DNA from: a virus
Taxonomy: Duplodnaviria; Caudoviricetes
IMG/VR virus record: IMGVR_UViG_3300044694_000082
Coordinates: 40,345 to 104,344 of that record
Length of the DNA: 64,000 bases
Direction: 5' to 3' (one strand)
The notes beneath the pieces are model-generated. The model was given only the letters and a program-made list of their open reading frames with translations, had not been told where the DNA came from and did not search any database. The translations under genes and the position numbers were made by a program. Within the stretch, counting starts at the first letter, position 1; each line of letters begins with the position of its first letter. Of the stretch, positions 51,432-62,185 are shown in pieces.

Positions 51432-51818
51432 ATGGCCGGTTTCCGGCGCAAGCGCAAGACGTACATGCTCGATTTCTCCGACACCGAGTGGGACGGTCTG
51501 CAGGTCAAGGTCAGGGGCCTTACGACCGGCGAGTACCTGCAGATCGTGTCCCTCAGCGGAGCGACCGACGAGGACAGCAAGGAGACGGAGCTGATGCTCC
51601 GCATGCTCTCCTCGCACATCGTCTCCTGGAACCTCGAAGACAACGGTGAGCCCGTGGGTGTCTCCTTCGAGGAGATCAAGGAGAACGACTTCCTGATGAA
51701 CATGGCGATCGTCAATGCGTGGGTCGCGGCGATTTCTTCTGTTCCGGAGGACGTCGCAAAAAAATCGAGGACTGGAAACGATTCCCTAGTGGCGTCGATT
51801 CCTACGGAGATGTTGTAG
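51432..51818 (+). CDS. Tail assembly chaperone (gpG-like)
   Basis: Position; IVSWNLED.GEP motif. Confidence 0.85.
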   Translation: MAGFRRKRKTYMLDFSDTEWDGLQVKVRGLTTGEYLQIVSLSGATDEDSKETELMLRMLSSHIVSWNLEDNGEPVGVSFEEIKENDFLMNMAIVNAWVAAISSVPEDVAKKSRTGNDSLVASIPTEML

Positions 51819-51970
51819 CAAAACCCCCCGCGCTTATCCGCGCCCAGTGGCTCCTGGGTGTGGGTGAGCGTTTCGGGAAACTCCCCAGCGAAATCCTGGC
51901 TGAAGACGCCGAGCTGTTTCAGCTGCTGAACATCGAAGAACTCGGAAAGGGTGATGACTCCCGTGGCTGA
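51758..51970 (+). other. -1 programmed frameshift site and gpGT-like extension
   Basis: Slippery A AAA AAA at 51758-51764; -1 frame open to 51970 (RFGKLPSEILAED). Confidence 0.8.
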
Positions 51971-54900
51971 GGACATCACTATCTTTATCCGGGTTCGCGA
52001 TGCTACGCAGGGCGCCATCGGCCGGGTCACCCGTGACCTCGGGCGTCTGCAGACGCGTCTGCGTGCGGCGTCCAACGGCCGCAATGTCTTCGACCGTATC
52101 GGTGACAGCCTGCGCCGTACTCAGGACCACCTGCGGCGGTCCGAGGCGTTCGTGGGTCGTTTCCGTGGTGCACTGAACCGGCTGGGCGCTGCCGGTCTGA
52201 CACCTCTGGCGCGCCTGTCGGACGGCCTGGGCAACCGGATGCGCCGCGTCTTCGGTGACGCCTCGCGTGCGGTCGGCATCTTCCGCGGCAACCTGGGGCG
52301 CGTCGGCCCCATGTGGAGCCGACTCATCGCCGGTGCGCGAGCGTTCGGTGACCGTATCGAGCGAAGCAGCCGCCTGACCAAGATCTTCCTGGCGATCATC
52401 GCACTGCTGGGTCCTGCGGCACAGCTGGCCGGTGCGCTGCTGATCACCGCCCTGGGCGCCTCGTTCATCGCGCTGGGCGCCTTCGCTCTGCGCGGCAGCG
52501 CGCAGGTGAAGAACGCTTTCCAGGGCATGAAGACCACGATCGGCAGTGTCGTTCGTGAAGCGGCTCAGCCGATGGAGGGCGCCCTGGTCGGCGGTATGCA
52601 GCAGCTGGCGCAGGCCGCCCGCGTTCTGCAGCCGCTGCTGACGCAGGCATTCACTGCCACAGCGCCTCTGGTCAAGAGCGTGGCTGGAGCAGTGACCGAC
52701 TTCGCGGCCGGTGCGCTGCCCGGCATGACGACTGCACTGCAGCACGCCGGTCCTGCCATGGAGGGCTTCCGCACCGCCATGGGACAGGTCGGCCAGGGCA
52801 TCGGCGACATGTTCAAGAAGATGACGGTCGGCAACGAAGCAGGACTGGCGAACGCCTGGAAGCTGGTCGGCGAGGAGCTGGACAACTTCCTGAGCAACCT
52901 GGGCGACTTCATCAACACGATGACAAACAGCGCCAGCGCCACCACACTCCTGCTCGGCGTCTTCCGTTCCTTCAGCGGAATCCTGCACATCGTCGAGGCC
53001 GCCTTCCAGGCCATCGACGAGGTTGCCTCGCCGCTGTTCCAGAAGATCAACGGCTGGGTCCAGGGCATGTCCGGACTCTCCGGCGTCTCGAAGCAGGTCG
53101 CGGCCTCCTTCAGCTACGTCGGCCTGAGTTCTGAACAGCTGCAGCAGAAGCTGGCCACGGTCAACCAGAAGATTCAGGATCTTCAGGAGAGCTACGGCAA
53201 TATCAAGGGGCCCGCCAAGAAGGGCTTCATGGACAAGCACGGCTACAGCCAGCTTGTTGCCGAACGCGATGCCCTCGAAGGCGCCATTGCTGCTGCAGCG
53301 AACGGTTCGGCGTCCGCGAACGCCAATGAGACCAAGTCCATCAACGATCTCATCGACGCAACGCGGAACCTGAACGAGGCGAACCGCAACAACCTCGACG
53401 CCCGCGCCACTCTCGAACAGTCCATCGATGACGCCGACAAGAAGTACACCAAGTATCGCCACACCCTGAAGATGACCAATGGTCAGCTGGATCTGGGCAA
53501 GCAGTCTCAGCGCGATGCTTACGACCTGTTGTCGAAAATTGCTTCGGCGACGAATGACGCCACGAAGAAGGCTGAGGACTCGAAGGCGCCCTGGGAACAG
53601 GTCAATGCGGAATGGCAGCGCGGTCACGGCAGTATCGCGAAGCTGGCCGAGGCAATGGGCCTCAGCAGCACCGAGGCAGCAGCGCTCGCCGATCAGCTGG
53701 TCAAGATGCCCAGCCCCAAGGTCAAGTTCCGCATGGACAAGGCGGACGCCACCACTGACCTCAATGCCTTCAACGCGGCACTCAAGAAGACACCGAACGC
53801 GCACAAGGTGACGCTCAACGCGCTGTCTGAGTCCGGCGAAGCCGTCCTCGCCGCTTTTGGCCTCAAGATCAAGCGCCTGCCCAATGGCAAGGTCGTCATC
53901 ACGGCCAAGAACGGCCAGGCCCTTTCTGCCATCGCCAGTGTGCAGAATGCGGTCAACGGTCTGCAGGGCAAGAGCATCGGCATCGGCATCTACAAGACGA
54001 CGTACCTGAACACGGTGCGCGCCCCCGGAACTGCTGCCGACGGAAAGAAGTACCCCGGTGTCACCCCGAATGCGAAGGGCGGTCTGATCCGCAGGTTCGC
54101 CGAGGGCGGCGGGGTAGCCAACATTCCGTACGGCGGTTCAGTGACGGGTCCAGGGACCGGGACCTCGGACAGCATTCCTGCTCTGCTGTCGAACGGTGAG
54201 TACGTCATCAGGGCGGACTCGGTCCGTAAGTACGGCCTGGGCCTGTTCGACCGTATCAACGCTGGCAAGTACGCCAAGGGCGGCAAAGTCAGCAAGGCGA
54301 CACAGGCGGAGCGGGATGCCGCTTCGCAGATGCGCGGTCAGTTCGGCATCTCCTATTTCGGGAAGATCGCCGGGTACACGCACACGCCGTACGAGAGGAA
54401 CACGGCGCTCCCGCAGGATCTGGGGTCGTTGGTCTCCGCCCTGAATGACCTGCGCAACCAGATCAAGTCGGCTTTCCACGGCAGCAAGGAAGCCGGTCTG
54501 CTGAAGCAGTTGACCAAGGCCGGTAAGGCTCTGATCAGTTACGAGAAGAAGCTGACCGACGTCAACAAGAAGCTCGACGCCGCGAAGACGAAACTCAGTG
54601 ACCTCAAGCAGGCTGCTGCCTCTTTGAACGACACCGTGAAGTCGGGTGTCATGACGGCCACCGACATCACGCAGGTGGCCACCGGCGAGGACAAGAACAT
54701 CACCCTGTCCGACGTCATGGCGCAAATGCAAACCAGCGTCGACAAGTCGACATCCTTCTCGAAAGCGCTCAGCGATCTCAAGAGCCGCGGCGTTTCGAAA
54801 GACATCATCAACGAGATCGCGCAGGCCGGTATCTCCGGCGGCGGTCTGGAGACTGCGGGCGCCATTCTCAGCGGCTCCGACAGCGACATCGCCAACCTCA

Positions 54901-55370
54901 ACGAGATGCAGAAGAAAATCAATGCCAACGCGGCCAGCGCTGGCAAGACGGCCGCCGACGCCATGTACGCGGCCGGGATCAAGGCTGCACAGGGTCTGGT
55001 CGACGGTCTGACGAAAAAGCAGAAGGACATCGAAAAGGCGATGATGAAGATCGCCAAGTCGATGGAGAAGAGCCTGAAAAAGGCTCTCGGTATCAAGTCC
55101 CCTTCTCGCGTCATGATGCAGGTCGGCCATCACACCGCGGAGGGATTCGCACTCGGCATCCAGAAGAACCGCCGGGTCCCGAATGCCTGGTCTTCGATGC
55201 TCAACGTTCCCTCCGGGGCCCCCACGGGCGGAGCGCAGGGAGGCGGAAGCGGGGTCTACACGATCCCGATCTACCTGGGCGGGAAGCTTTTCGAAGAAAT
55301 CGTCCTGGACACCAACCGGCGCATCGTTCGTACGCGCGGCGGTGACGTCCAGAAGGTGTTCGGACGCTGA
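51963..55370 (+). CDS. Tape measure protein
   Basis: About 1135 aa, Ala-rich helical; GPGTGTSDSIPALLSNGEYV; LGIKSPSRV. Confidence 0.95.
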   Translation: MAEDITIFIRVRDATQGAIGRVTRDLGRLQTRLRAASNGRNVFDRIGDSLRRTQDHLRRSEAFVGRFRGALNRLGAAGLTPLARLSDGLGNRMRRVFGDASRAVGIFRGNLGRVGPMWSRLIAGARAFGDRIERSSRLTKIFLAIIALLGPAAQLAGALLITALGASFIALGAFALRGSAQVKNAFQGMKTTIGSVVREAAQPMEGALVGGMQQLAQAARVLQPLLTQAFTATAPLVKSVAGAVTDFAAGALPGMTTALQHAGPAMEGFRTAMGQVGQGIGDMFKKMTVGNEAGLANAWKLVGEELDNFLSNLGDFINTMTNSASATTLLLGVFRSFSGILHIVEAAFQAIDEVASPLFQKINGWVQGMSGLSGVSKQVAASFSYVGLSSEQLQQKLATVNQKIQDLQESYGNIKGPAKKGFMDKHGYSQLVAERDALEGAIAAAANGSASANANETKSINDLIDATRNLNEANRNNLDARATLEQSIDDADKKYTKYRHTLKMTNGQLDLGKQSQRDAYDLLSKIASATNDATKKAEDSKAPWEQVNAEWQRGHGSIAKLAEAMGLSSTEAAALADQLVKMPSPKVKFRMDKADATTDLNAFNAALKKTPNAHKVTLNALSESGEAVLAAFGLKIKRLPNGKVVITAKNGQALSAIASVQNAVNGLQGKSIGIGIYKTTYLNTVRAPGTAADGKKYPGVTPNAKGGLIRRFAEGGGVANIPYGGSVTGPGTGTSDSIPALLSNGEYVIRADSVRKYGLGLFDRINAGKYAKGGKVSKATQAERDAASQMRGQFGISYFGKIAGYTHTPYERNTALPQDLGSLVSALNDLRNQIKSAFHGSKEAGLLKQLTKAGKALISYEKKLTDVNKKLDAAKTKLSDLKQAAASLNDTVKSGVMTATDITQVATGEDKNITLSDVMAQMQTSVDKSTSFSKALSDLKSRGVSKDIINEIAQAGISGGGLETAGAILSGSDSDIANLNEMQKKINANAASAGKTAADAMYAAGIKAAQGLVDGLTKKQKDIEKAMMKIAKSMEKSLKKALGIKSPSRVMMQVGHHTAEGFALGIQKNRRVPNAWSSMLNVPSGAPTGGAQGGGSGVYTIPIYLGGKLFEEIVLDTNRRIVRTRGGDVQKVFGR

Positions 55371-55380
55371 GAAACCAACG

Positions 55381-55413
55381 AAAAGAGGGGGCCTTCGGGC
55401 CCCCTCTTCTTTT
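55381..55413 (+). terminator. Intrinsic terminator
   Basis: AAGAGGGGGCC-TTCG-GGCCCCCTCTT-CTTTT. Confidence 0.8.
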
Positions 55414-55439
55414 CTGCCGCTCGGCAGCAGACATAAGAG

Positions 55440-55958
55440 GTGGTCACCATTCACCGGTATAAGTGCTACAACGCGCCGATGGCCACAACGGCTGCGACAG
55501 CTTCCGTGGCAACGGGCACCTCGATCAAGACGATGCTGCAGATCGCCACGCCGTCCACCCGGCAGGCCCAGCTGATCTCGTGGGGCTTCAATATCGAGTC
55601 GGGTCCGGCGACCGGTCCTCTCAAGATCGAACTGGTGCAGACGGACGTGGCGGCCACCGTGACTGCACACGTGGCGTCCGGCGTTCAGCCCTTGGATCCC
55701 AATGCGCCTGCGTCATTGATGTCGCTCGGTACATCGGGCACCGGTTACACCGCGACAGTCGAGGGTTCCACCACGGCGACCCGGACGTTCGACTTCGTCA
55801 CGGTCGGCCCGAACTCTTCGTCCGCGGCAACTCTGGACTATTCCTATCAGTGGATGCCGGACGAGCGTCCCATCGTAGCGGTCTCGAAATTCCTGCGCAT
55901 TCGAGCCACCTTTGCGACCAGCGCGAACATGGTTTGTTGGGTTTGCTGGGACGAGTGA
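55440..55958 (+). CDS. Minor tail protein
   Basis: Post-TMP position. Confidence 0.65.
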   Translation: MVTIHRYKCYNAPMATTAATASVATGTSIKTMLQIATPSTRQAQLISWGFNIESGPATGPLKIELVQTDVAATVTAHVASGVQPLDPNAPASLMSLGTSGTGYTATVEGSTTATRTFDFVTVGPNSSSAATLDYSYQWMPDERPIVAVSKFLRIRATFATSANMVCWVCWDE

Positions 55959-55987
55959 CCTGCGATTTCTCATAATGGAGGGTGTGC

Positions 55988-58855
55988 ATGGCGGGGAGCA
56001 TTGCACCACTCGTCATGGGCTGGCAGCGGCGCATGGGCGCGGTTGTCAGCCCTTTTGGTGCCACAGGAGAAGCCAGTAACGGGGATCCCGTTCAGGTGGA
56101 GATGTACATCGGCGGGTCGTGGGTCGATGTCACGTCGTATGTCATGGTTCGCGATGAGAACGGCAACATCACCATTACGCGGGGTCGTCGTGACGAAGGT
56201 TCCACGACTGAGCAGGCCAGCTGCACGCTGTTGCTGAACAACCGCGACGGCCGCTGGAGTCCTCGTAATCCGTCTGGTGTCTACTACGGCCTGATCGGGC
56301 GCAATACGCCGGTCCGTGTCTCGGTCCCGGATGGCCTCGGCGGTAAGTCGTACCGGTTTCAGGGTGAGATTGCGTTCTGGCCGCAGGGTTGGGACCCGAC
56401 CGGCACGGATGTCTACACGGATATCGAGGCGTCCGGCATTCTGCGCCGCCTGTCGCAGGGTCCGGTTCCGCCGTACTCGCTCATGCGGACCGCGATCGGC
56501 ACCTACCCTTCCACCAGTCTGATCGCGTACTGGCCGATGGAGGACGCCGAGGGCTCAACGACGTTGGCCAGCGCGCTGTCCACCGGATCGCCCATGACGT
56601 GGACGGGCAACCCGACGCTCGCCGGGTACGACAACTTCCCCGGCTCGGATCCTGTGGTCTCCACCGTCTCCACTGTGCTGACCGGTGGTGTTCCGGTCTA
56701 CGACGATCCGACGGCGACGCAGGTCCGTTTCCTGTGCCAGATCCCGTCCGACGGCCTGGTCAATGGCACCGTCGTGTGTTCGATCCAGCAGTTCGACTAC
56801 TCGTCCGGTTCGGCGCAGCGTTTCGACCTGTACTACGGAAACTTCGGTGGCACCGGTCATGGCTTCACGCTGCACACCATGGCGGGCGACGGCACCGACC
56901 TCGGTGCCGACCTGGAGAACTCCTACGATGTCCGCGGCAAGCGGCTGTACGTGTCGATTGAGCTGGCCGAGTCGGGCACCAGCATTACCCGTGCTGTGCG
57001 TCTGTACGACCTGGATACGCAGGCCAGCAACGATGTCAGTGACACGGAGACGCTCACGCAGCTGAGCCGTGTGCTGCAGTTGCAGTTCGGCGTGGCGAGC
57101 AACTCCGCGGCCAGCCCGCACGGCACCACCGGCTTGTCGACGGTGGCGCTTGGTCAGGTCACTCTCGAAAATGCCATCACGCCCATCACCGCCCTCGGTG
57201 TACGCGTGAACCCGATCGGTGAGGCTGCCGGTACCCGGATCGCTCGTGTGTGCTCGGACAACACCATTGCGTTCGAGTCGATCGGTGACCTGACGGACAC
57301 CGTTCTGATGGGCGCCCAGACGAAGATGAGTCTTTTGGACACCGTCCAGGAGGCGGAGCTGGCTGACGGCGGCATGTTGTACGAGAGCATGCCGAACTTG
57401 GGCCTGGGCTACCGTACGCGTGCCTCGTTGCAGAACCAGGATCCTCAACTCACTCTGAATTACACGGGGTTCAACCTCTCCGAGGTGCCGACCCCTGTCG
57501 AGGACGACCGGTACATCCAGAACCAGGTGACGGTCACCGTCGGCTCTGTCTCGCAGACGTACTCGGCGACGACCGGCACGCTGAACGTGTCGCAGCCACC
57601 GGCTGGTGTCGGCGTCTACGGCACGGAAGTGACGCTGAATCTGCAGAGCACCGGCGACGCCCTCAGCCAGGCGGCCTGGCGCGTGCACCTCGGTACGGTC
57701 GACGAGCCGCGGTTCCCGGAGATCAGCGTCAACCTCGCGCACTCCACGTTCGTGAACAACCCAGCACTCAAGCAGGCCGTTCTGGGCCTCAGGCAGGGTG
57801 ACCGGATCCTGGTCCAGAACCCTCCGTTCTGGCTGCCCCCGGGCAACATCGACCAGATCATCATCGGCTTCAGCGAGACGATCACCCACTTCGAGCACCG
57901 GCTCACTTTCGTGTGTGCTCCGGCGAGCCCGTACCGGGTGGGCGTCCTGGACACGGTGTACGGCGTCATCGACACGGACGGCTCGCAGCTGGTAGCCGCC
58001 ATGGGGACGTCGGACACCACGGTCGATGTGCAGCCGACAGCGCCCGCCACCGGGCTGTGGACGACGGATCCCAATGACATGCCGGTGGATGTCCGGGTCG
58101 GCGGTGAGGTCATGACCGTGACCGCCATCAACCCCGCCGTCTACGACACGTTCACCCGGGTCTCGGCGAGCGGGTGGGGCACCGCCGATTCCGGTGATGT
58201 CTGGTCGAACTCGGGTGGTTCAGCGACCGATCACACCACCAACGGCACTGTGGCCCAGCAGTCCACCAGCTTCGTGAGCACGCCCGGACACCACGACACC
58301 GTCACCTCACCGGCGGCGGACGTGGACCTCAAGGCGGACTTCGCGTCCGCTGCCCTGGCCACGGGCGGCAGCCAGTACATCGGCCTCATGGCGCGCATGC
58401 TGGACACGAACAACTTCTACTACGCGCAGCTGGCGTTCACCACGACACAGGCCATCCAGCTGAACCTGCTGAAGAAGGTGGCGTCCTCCGACACGACGTT
58501 GGCGAGCGCCACGGCGACTGAACTGACCCATGCCGCGTCCACGTTCTTCACGTTGCGGCTTCAGGTCATCGGTTCGACGGTGCAGGCGAAAGTCTGGGCT
58601 CAGGGGACAGTGGAGCCGGGGACCTGGCACGTCTCGGCGACGGATGTCGCGCTGGTGCAGGCGGGGTCGATCGGCGTGCGCTCCTATCTGGACGCCGCGA
58701 ACTCCAACACGCTGCCGTTCACGTTCAGCATCGACAACTTCAGTCTGCTGAATCCGCAGACCTTCACGGTCACTCGTTCCGTGAACGGAATTGTCAAGGC
58801 GCAGACGGCTGGCACGGATGTCCGCCTGGCCTATCCGACCATCACCAGCCTGTAG
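55988..58855 (+). CDS. Large minor tail/tail-tip protein with lectin-like domains
   Basis: ITRGRRDE...LNNRDGRWSP; AYWPMED; TFTVTRSVNG. Confidence 0.85.
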   Translation: MAGSIAPLVMGWQRRMGAVVSPFGATGEASNGDPVQVEMYIGGSWVDVTSYVMVRDENGNITITRGRRDEGSTTEQASCTLLLNNRDGRWSPRNPSGVYYGLIGRNTPVRVSVPDGLGGKSYRFQGEIAFWPQGWDPTGTDVYTDIEASGILRRLSQGPVPPYSLMRTAIGTYPSTSLIAYWPMEDAEGSTTLASALSTGSPMTWTGNPTLAGYDNFPGSDPVVSTVSTVLTGGVPVYDDPTATQVRFLCQIPSDGLVNGTVVCSIQQFDYSSGSAQRFDLYYGNFGGTGHGFTLHTMAGDGTDLGADLENSYDVRGKRLYVSIELAESGTSITRAVRLYDLDTQASNDVSDTETLTQLSRVLQLQFGVASNSAASPHGTTGLSTVALGQVTLENAITPITALGVRVNPIGEAAGTRIARVCSDNTIAFESIGDLTDTVLMGAQTKMSLLDTVQEAELADGGMLYESMPNLGLGYRTRASLQNQDPQLTLNYTGFNLSEVPTPVEDDRYIQNQVTVTVGSVSQTYSATTGTLNVSQPPAGVGVYGTEVTLNLQSTGDALSQAAWRVHLGTVDEPRFPEISVNLAHSTFVNNPALKQAVLGLRQGDRILVQNPPFWLPPGNIDQIIIGFSETITHFEHRLTFVCAPASPYRVGVLDTVYGVIDTDGSQLVAAMGTSDTTVDVQPTAPATGLWTTDPNDMPVDVRVGGEVMTVTAINPAVYDTFTRVSASGWGTADSGDVWSNSGGSATDHTTNGTVAQQSTSFVSTPGHHDTVTSPAADVDLKADFASAALATGGSQYIGLMARMLDTNNFYYAQLAFTTTQAIQLNLLKKVASSDTTLASATATELTHAASTFFTLRLQVIGSTVQAKVWAQGTVEPGTWHVSATDVALVQAGSIGVRSYLDAANSNTLPFTFSIDNFSLLNPQTFTVTRSVNGIVKAQTAGTDVRLAYPTITSL

Positions 58856-58867
58856 GGGAGGTTATCC

Positions 58868-59428
58868 GTGCCTGAAGCATTTCCGACTTTCCTCGCGGGT
58901 CAGCGCATCACGGCGTCGTTGCTTTCCTCAGCGCTGCCTATCACGGTGCGGAAGACGTCGGACACGTCGCGGTCGTCCACCACGACCGCGACGCCGGATC
59001 CGCACCTGCAGTTCCCGAACCTCGTGGCCAACGGCGTGTATTACCTGACCGGGTTCATCCAGTACTCCAGTTCCACCGCGGCGGACATCCTCATCGACTG
59101 GACAACCCCGGCCGGTGCACAGGGCAACTGGGGCGGCTTCGGTGCCGGTCACTCGCCGGTCATCTCCTTCAACACGACTCCGGCTGTCGTGGGCGACTCG
59201 CAGCAGTCCCGCGGTTACACGATCCGCCTGGAAACCAACATCATCGGGCAGAGCCGCAGTTTTGGTGGCCTGGGCACCAGCGTCATTCTGACGATGAATG
59301 TCTTCGCGATGATCCGGGTCGCATCGGTCGGCGGCACCTATTCCATGGACTGGGCCCAGCTCGCCTCGGACGCCACGAACACGACCATTTACACCGACTC
59401 CTGGCTGGCTCTTCAGCGGATTGCGTGA
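58868..59428 (+). CDS. Minor tail/fibre protein
   Basis: AGQRITASLL N-terminus; WAQ...DSWL. Confidence 0.75.
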   Translation: MPEAFPTFLAGQRITASLLSSALPITVRKTSDTSRSSTTTATPDPHLQFPNLVANGVYYLTGFIQYSSSTAADILIDWTTPAGAQGNWGGFGAGHSPVISFNTTPAVVGDSQQSRGYTIRLETNIIGQSRSFGGLGTSVILTMNVFAMIRVASVGGTYSMDWAQLASDATNTTIYTDSWLALQRIA

Positions 59429-59437
59429 GGTGAATAC

Positions 59438-59635
59438 GTGGCGTCATACACGGTGACCGGCAGGGACAACGAGGGCTCGCCCATTGTGCAGGTGAGCATC
59501 AGTGGAATCGATCAGGATCTGCCGCTTCTGAAGGATATCGACGTCGTGAACGCGGTCCGCGCGGTCATCGCCTCCGCTTCCGGGGTCACGTCTGTCATGG
59601 CGCAGAAGTACGAGCAAGTCATCACGGTCGTATAG
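59438..59635 (+). CDS. Small tail-region protein
   Basis: GAGGTG RBS. Confidence 0.6.
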   Translation: MASYTVTGRDNEGSPIVQVSISGIDQDLPLLKDIDVVNAVRAVIASASGVTSVMAQKYEQVITVV

Positions 59636-59649
59636 GCAGGAGCACGCCC

Positions 59650-60606
59650 ATGACCATGCAAGGCCCCCAGATATATCCGGGTGCGAGTACCAGTCACTGG
59701 TACCAGAACGCTTTCCCCGGTGACCGCATGGAATCCAACGTGATCGTGTGGCACACCACCGAAGGAACGTCTCTGCCGGACTACAGCGGCGGCTCGATGG
59801 CCCCGAACCTGACGGCCGTCCCCGACTTCAAGAACAAGCGGCTGGTGTGGTACCAGCATTTCGACTTCGACGTCTCTGCTCGCGCGCTGGTGCATGCGGG
59901 GGCGGTTGCGACGAATACGCTCAACGTCGCACAGGTCGAGATCGTCGGCACGTGTGACCCCAAGAGCCACGTGTCCTGGACGAGGCAGGGCATCGCCCAC
60001 CTCTACACTCCCGAGTTGCCCGACTGGGCGGTGCGGGACCTGGCCGCGTTCGCGCGCTGGGCGCACGTCCAGCACGGTGTGCCGCTGACGTCGGGGCTCA
60101 GGTTCGAGGCCTACCCGGCGTCGTACGGCACCGGCAACGGCGTGCGGATGAGTGACAGCTCATGGCTGAAGTTCAAGGGCCACTGCGGTCACCAGCACGT
60201 CCCCTCCGGCAATGTGCACGGTGACCCGGGCGCTTTCCCGATGGCACAGATTCTGGTCCTTGCGGCGGCCGACACCAGCTCGTCCGGCTCCGGCGGTTCC
60301 ACGCCGCCCGCCACGAAGCCGTCGGTGTCGCTGTCGCAGCTGATCGCAGCGGCGAAGAAGGACCCGAAGGCGGCGCAGGGCAGTGCGTCCTACCGTGCCG
60401 GGGCGCTCCTGGTGGAGAAGGCCCTGGCCGCGGAGAAGCTGCTGGCTTCGCAGTGGGTCGACGGTTCTTTCGGCACCAAGACCGTGGCCGCGTACGCCGC
60501 CTGGCAGCGCAAGTGCGGATACACCGGCGCAGCTGCCGACGGGATCCCCGGAAAGTCCACGCTCACCCGCCTGGGCGCCGCCCATGGCTTCACCGTGAAG
60601 GGCTGA
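59650..60606 (+). CDS. Endolysin (amidase-2 plus peptidoglycan-binding domain)
   Basis: WHTTE...E...GHQHVP..NVHGDPG; DGSFGTKT...WQ...ADGIPG. Confidence 0.92.
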   Translation: MTMQGPQIYPGASTSHWYQNAFPGDRMESNVIVWHTTEGTSLPDYSGGSMAPNLTAVPDFKNKRLVWYQHFDFDVSARALVHAGAVATNTLNVAQVEIVGTCDPKSHVSWTRQGIAHLYTPELPDWAVRDLAAFARWAHVQHGVPLTSGLRFEAYPASYGTGNGVRMSDSSWLKFKGHCGHQHVPSGNVHGDPGAFPMAQILVLAAADTSSSGSGGSTPPATKPSVSLSQLIAAAKKDPKAAQGSASYRAGALLVEKALAAEKLLASQWVDGSFGTKTVAAYAAWQRKCGYTGAAADGIPGKSTLTRLGAAHGFTVKG

Positions 60607-60611
60607 ACGTC

Positions 60612-60824
60612 ATGTCGGTATTCACCAAGGATCTGCTGGAGCGCGTCGTCATGACGTTCCTCCAGGGGTGCATCGGTTCCCTCGTGGTGGCCGATGTTGC
60701 GAACAAGACCATGTGGCTGGCGGCACTGGGCGGCGGCGTCGCCGCGGTGGTGTCTCTGGTCAAGGGGGTGCTGGCCAAGCAGGTCGGTAACAGCGACTCC
60801 GCATCGCTTGTCGGCGGTGTGTGA
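60612..60824 (+). CDS. Holin (r1t-like)
   Basis: FTKDLLERVVMTFLQ...AVVSLVKG...SASL; two TM. Confidence 0.85.
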   Translation: MSVFTKDLLERVVMTFLQGCIGSLVVADVANKTMWLAALGGGVAAVVSLVKGVLAKQVGNSDSASLVGGV

Positions 60825-61072
60825 TGAGTACCCCGTCGATTCCCGAGACGGGGTGCACGTTGGAGGATCTACGCCGCTCGCTTGAGGTCGGGTTCACCCG
60901 CATCGACGGCAAGCTCGACCACTTGACCGAACACCTCAACAACACCGACAAGGACGTCACCGAGGTACGTGCTCGGATCGCTCTCGTCGAGCAGAAAATG
61001 TGGCGCGTCTCCGGTGCGGCAGCCCTCCTGGGCATGGCCACCCCGTACATCATCCAGTTCATGGCCAAGTAG
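60824..61072 (+). CDS. Lysis-cassette coiled-coil membrane protein
   Basis: GFTRIDGKLD...RIALVEQKMW plus C-terminal TM. Confidence 0.7.
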   Translation: MSTPSIPETGCTLEDLRRSLEVGFTRIDGKLDHLTEHLNNTDKDVTEVRARIALVEQKMWRVSGAAALLGMATPYIIQFMAK

Positions 61073-61139
61073 CCCGCACAGGCGGGTATGATGGTCGTGT
61101 CATCGTGAAGCCGATGCACGTGAGTCCCCCGGCCGCTGC

Positions 61140-61448
61140 TCAGGCAGCAGCCGGGGGATTTTCGTCGTTGTCGGCGTCGAGCAGCTCGTAGAGGGCGATG
61201 AAGGCCGAGGCCCGGTAGACGCGGGCGTAGCGCCCCGGGTGGCCCGGTCGGCTGCTGCGGCGTTTCCCGGCGATGGCGAAGCGGTGCAGGCGGGTGAGGT
61301 CGCGCAGTTTGGCGACGGTGGTCAGGGCGGAGGTGTCCTCCGGGTCGCCGGGCAGCGGGCCGAGATGGTGGGCGGCTTCGGTGACGGTCCACAGGGTGTC
61401 GTCGTCCGTGACGGTGTCGAGGTCGTAGGAAGTCCATCCGCGGGTCAT
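61140..61448 (-). CDS. Putative HTH DNA-binding protein
   Basis: WTVTEAAHHLG...GRYARVY; ATGA coupling. Confidence 0.6.
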   Translation of the reverse strand: MTRGWTSYDLDTVTDDDTLWTVTEAAHHLGPLPGDPEDTSALTTVAKLRDLTRLHRFAIAGKRRSSRPGHPGRYARVYRASAFIALYELLDADNDENPPAAA

Positions 61449-62071
61449 GCGGCTGCCTCCAGTTCGTCCCAGCGGAAGACCAGCTGGCCACCGAGGACGA
61501 TGTATTCGGCCGACCAGCGCGGCCGTGAGCCGCTCTGGTTGCGGCAGAGCGGGTTGACGCAGACGGCGAGGCCGCGGGCCACGTTCCAGCGCATGGTCTT
61601 GCACTGGCAGTACGGGCAGGAGGTCTCCTTCTGGCCGGGCTCGCGGGGCAGGCGCCTCAGGCCGCCCTCGGGGTTGAAGTAGTTCTCGGCCCGGCGCGTC
61701 CAGGAGGACAGGTAGTTCAGGACGCCGAGGACGTCGCTGTCGTCGCAGGTCTCGCAAAGGTTGACGACCGAGTCTGCGGCGAGGCGCGTGTTGGTGTCGG
61801 AGTCGCCGCGACGGCGGGGATATCCACCGACGATGCGCTCTTTGAGATGTGTCTCCAGGCGCCGGATCTCGGCGGCGAATTCCAGTGTCAACTCGGCGGC
61901 GACGGAATTCCACGGAATGGGTGCGACAACTCGACGTTGACGAATTCCGGTGATGTCCGGTCCGGTCACCTGCCGGTGCGGCACAGTGACTTCCAGGGCG
62001 CAGTACAGGCGCCATGCGTTGTCCGTTGTGGTGCGCAGACGTGCGCGTATGCTCCCCGGCTCATGGATCAT
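61445..62071 (-). CDS. Zn-ribbon protein, candidate late-gene regulator
   Basis: CPYC...CVNPLC; coupled to the HTH gene. Confidence 0.6.
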   Translation of the reverse strand: MIHEPGSIRARLRTTTDNAWRLYCALEVTVPHRQVTGPDITGIRQRRVVAPIPWNSVAAELTLEFAAEIRRLETHLKERIVGGYPRRRGDSDTNTRLAADSVVNLCETCDDSDVLGVLNYLSSWTRRAENYFNPEGGLRRLPREPGQKETSCPYCQCKTMRWNVARGLAVCVNPLCRNQSGSRPRWSAEYIVLGGQLVFRWDELEAAA

Positions 62072-62100
62072 GTGTGCATTGTAGCCAGCAATACGAGAAA

Positions 62101-62145
62101 GAAATCCCCCGCTCCCACGAAATTGTGGGGGCGGGGGATTTTCTT
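62101..62145. terminator. Bidirectional terminator hairpin
   Basis: AAATCCCCCGCTCCCAC...GTGGGGGCGGGGGATTTT. Confidence 0.75.
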
Positions 62146-62185
62146 GTTTTCTTTGAGTCGTTGAACTACTCGACGACACGTGATG

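Noticed and set aside
51758-51764. Tail chaperone frameshift as a novelty
   Set aside because: Real but standard for long-tailed phages; listed as a feature only.
38068-57898. Long antisense ORFs over structural genes (e.g. 39311-41098, 41107-42582, 51834-53804)
   Set aside because: Shadow ORFs caused by high GC3; no RBS or motifs.
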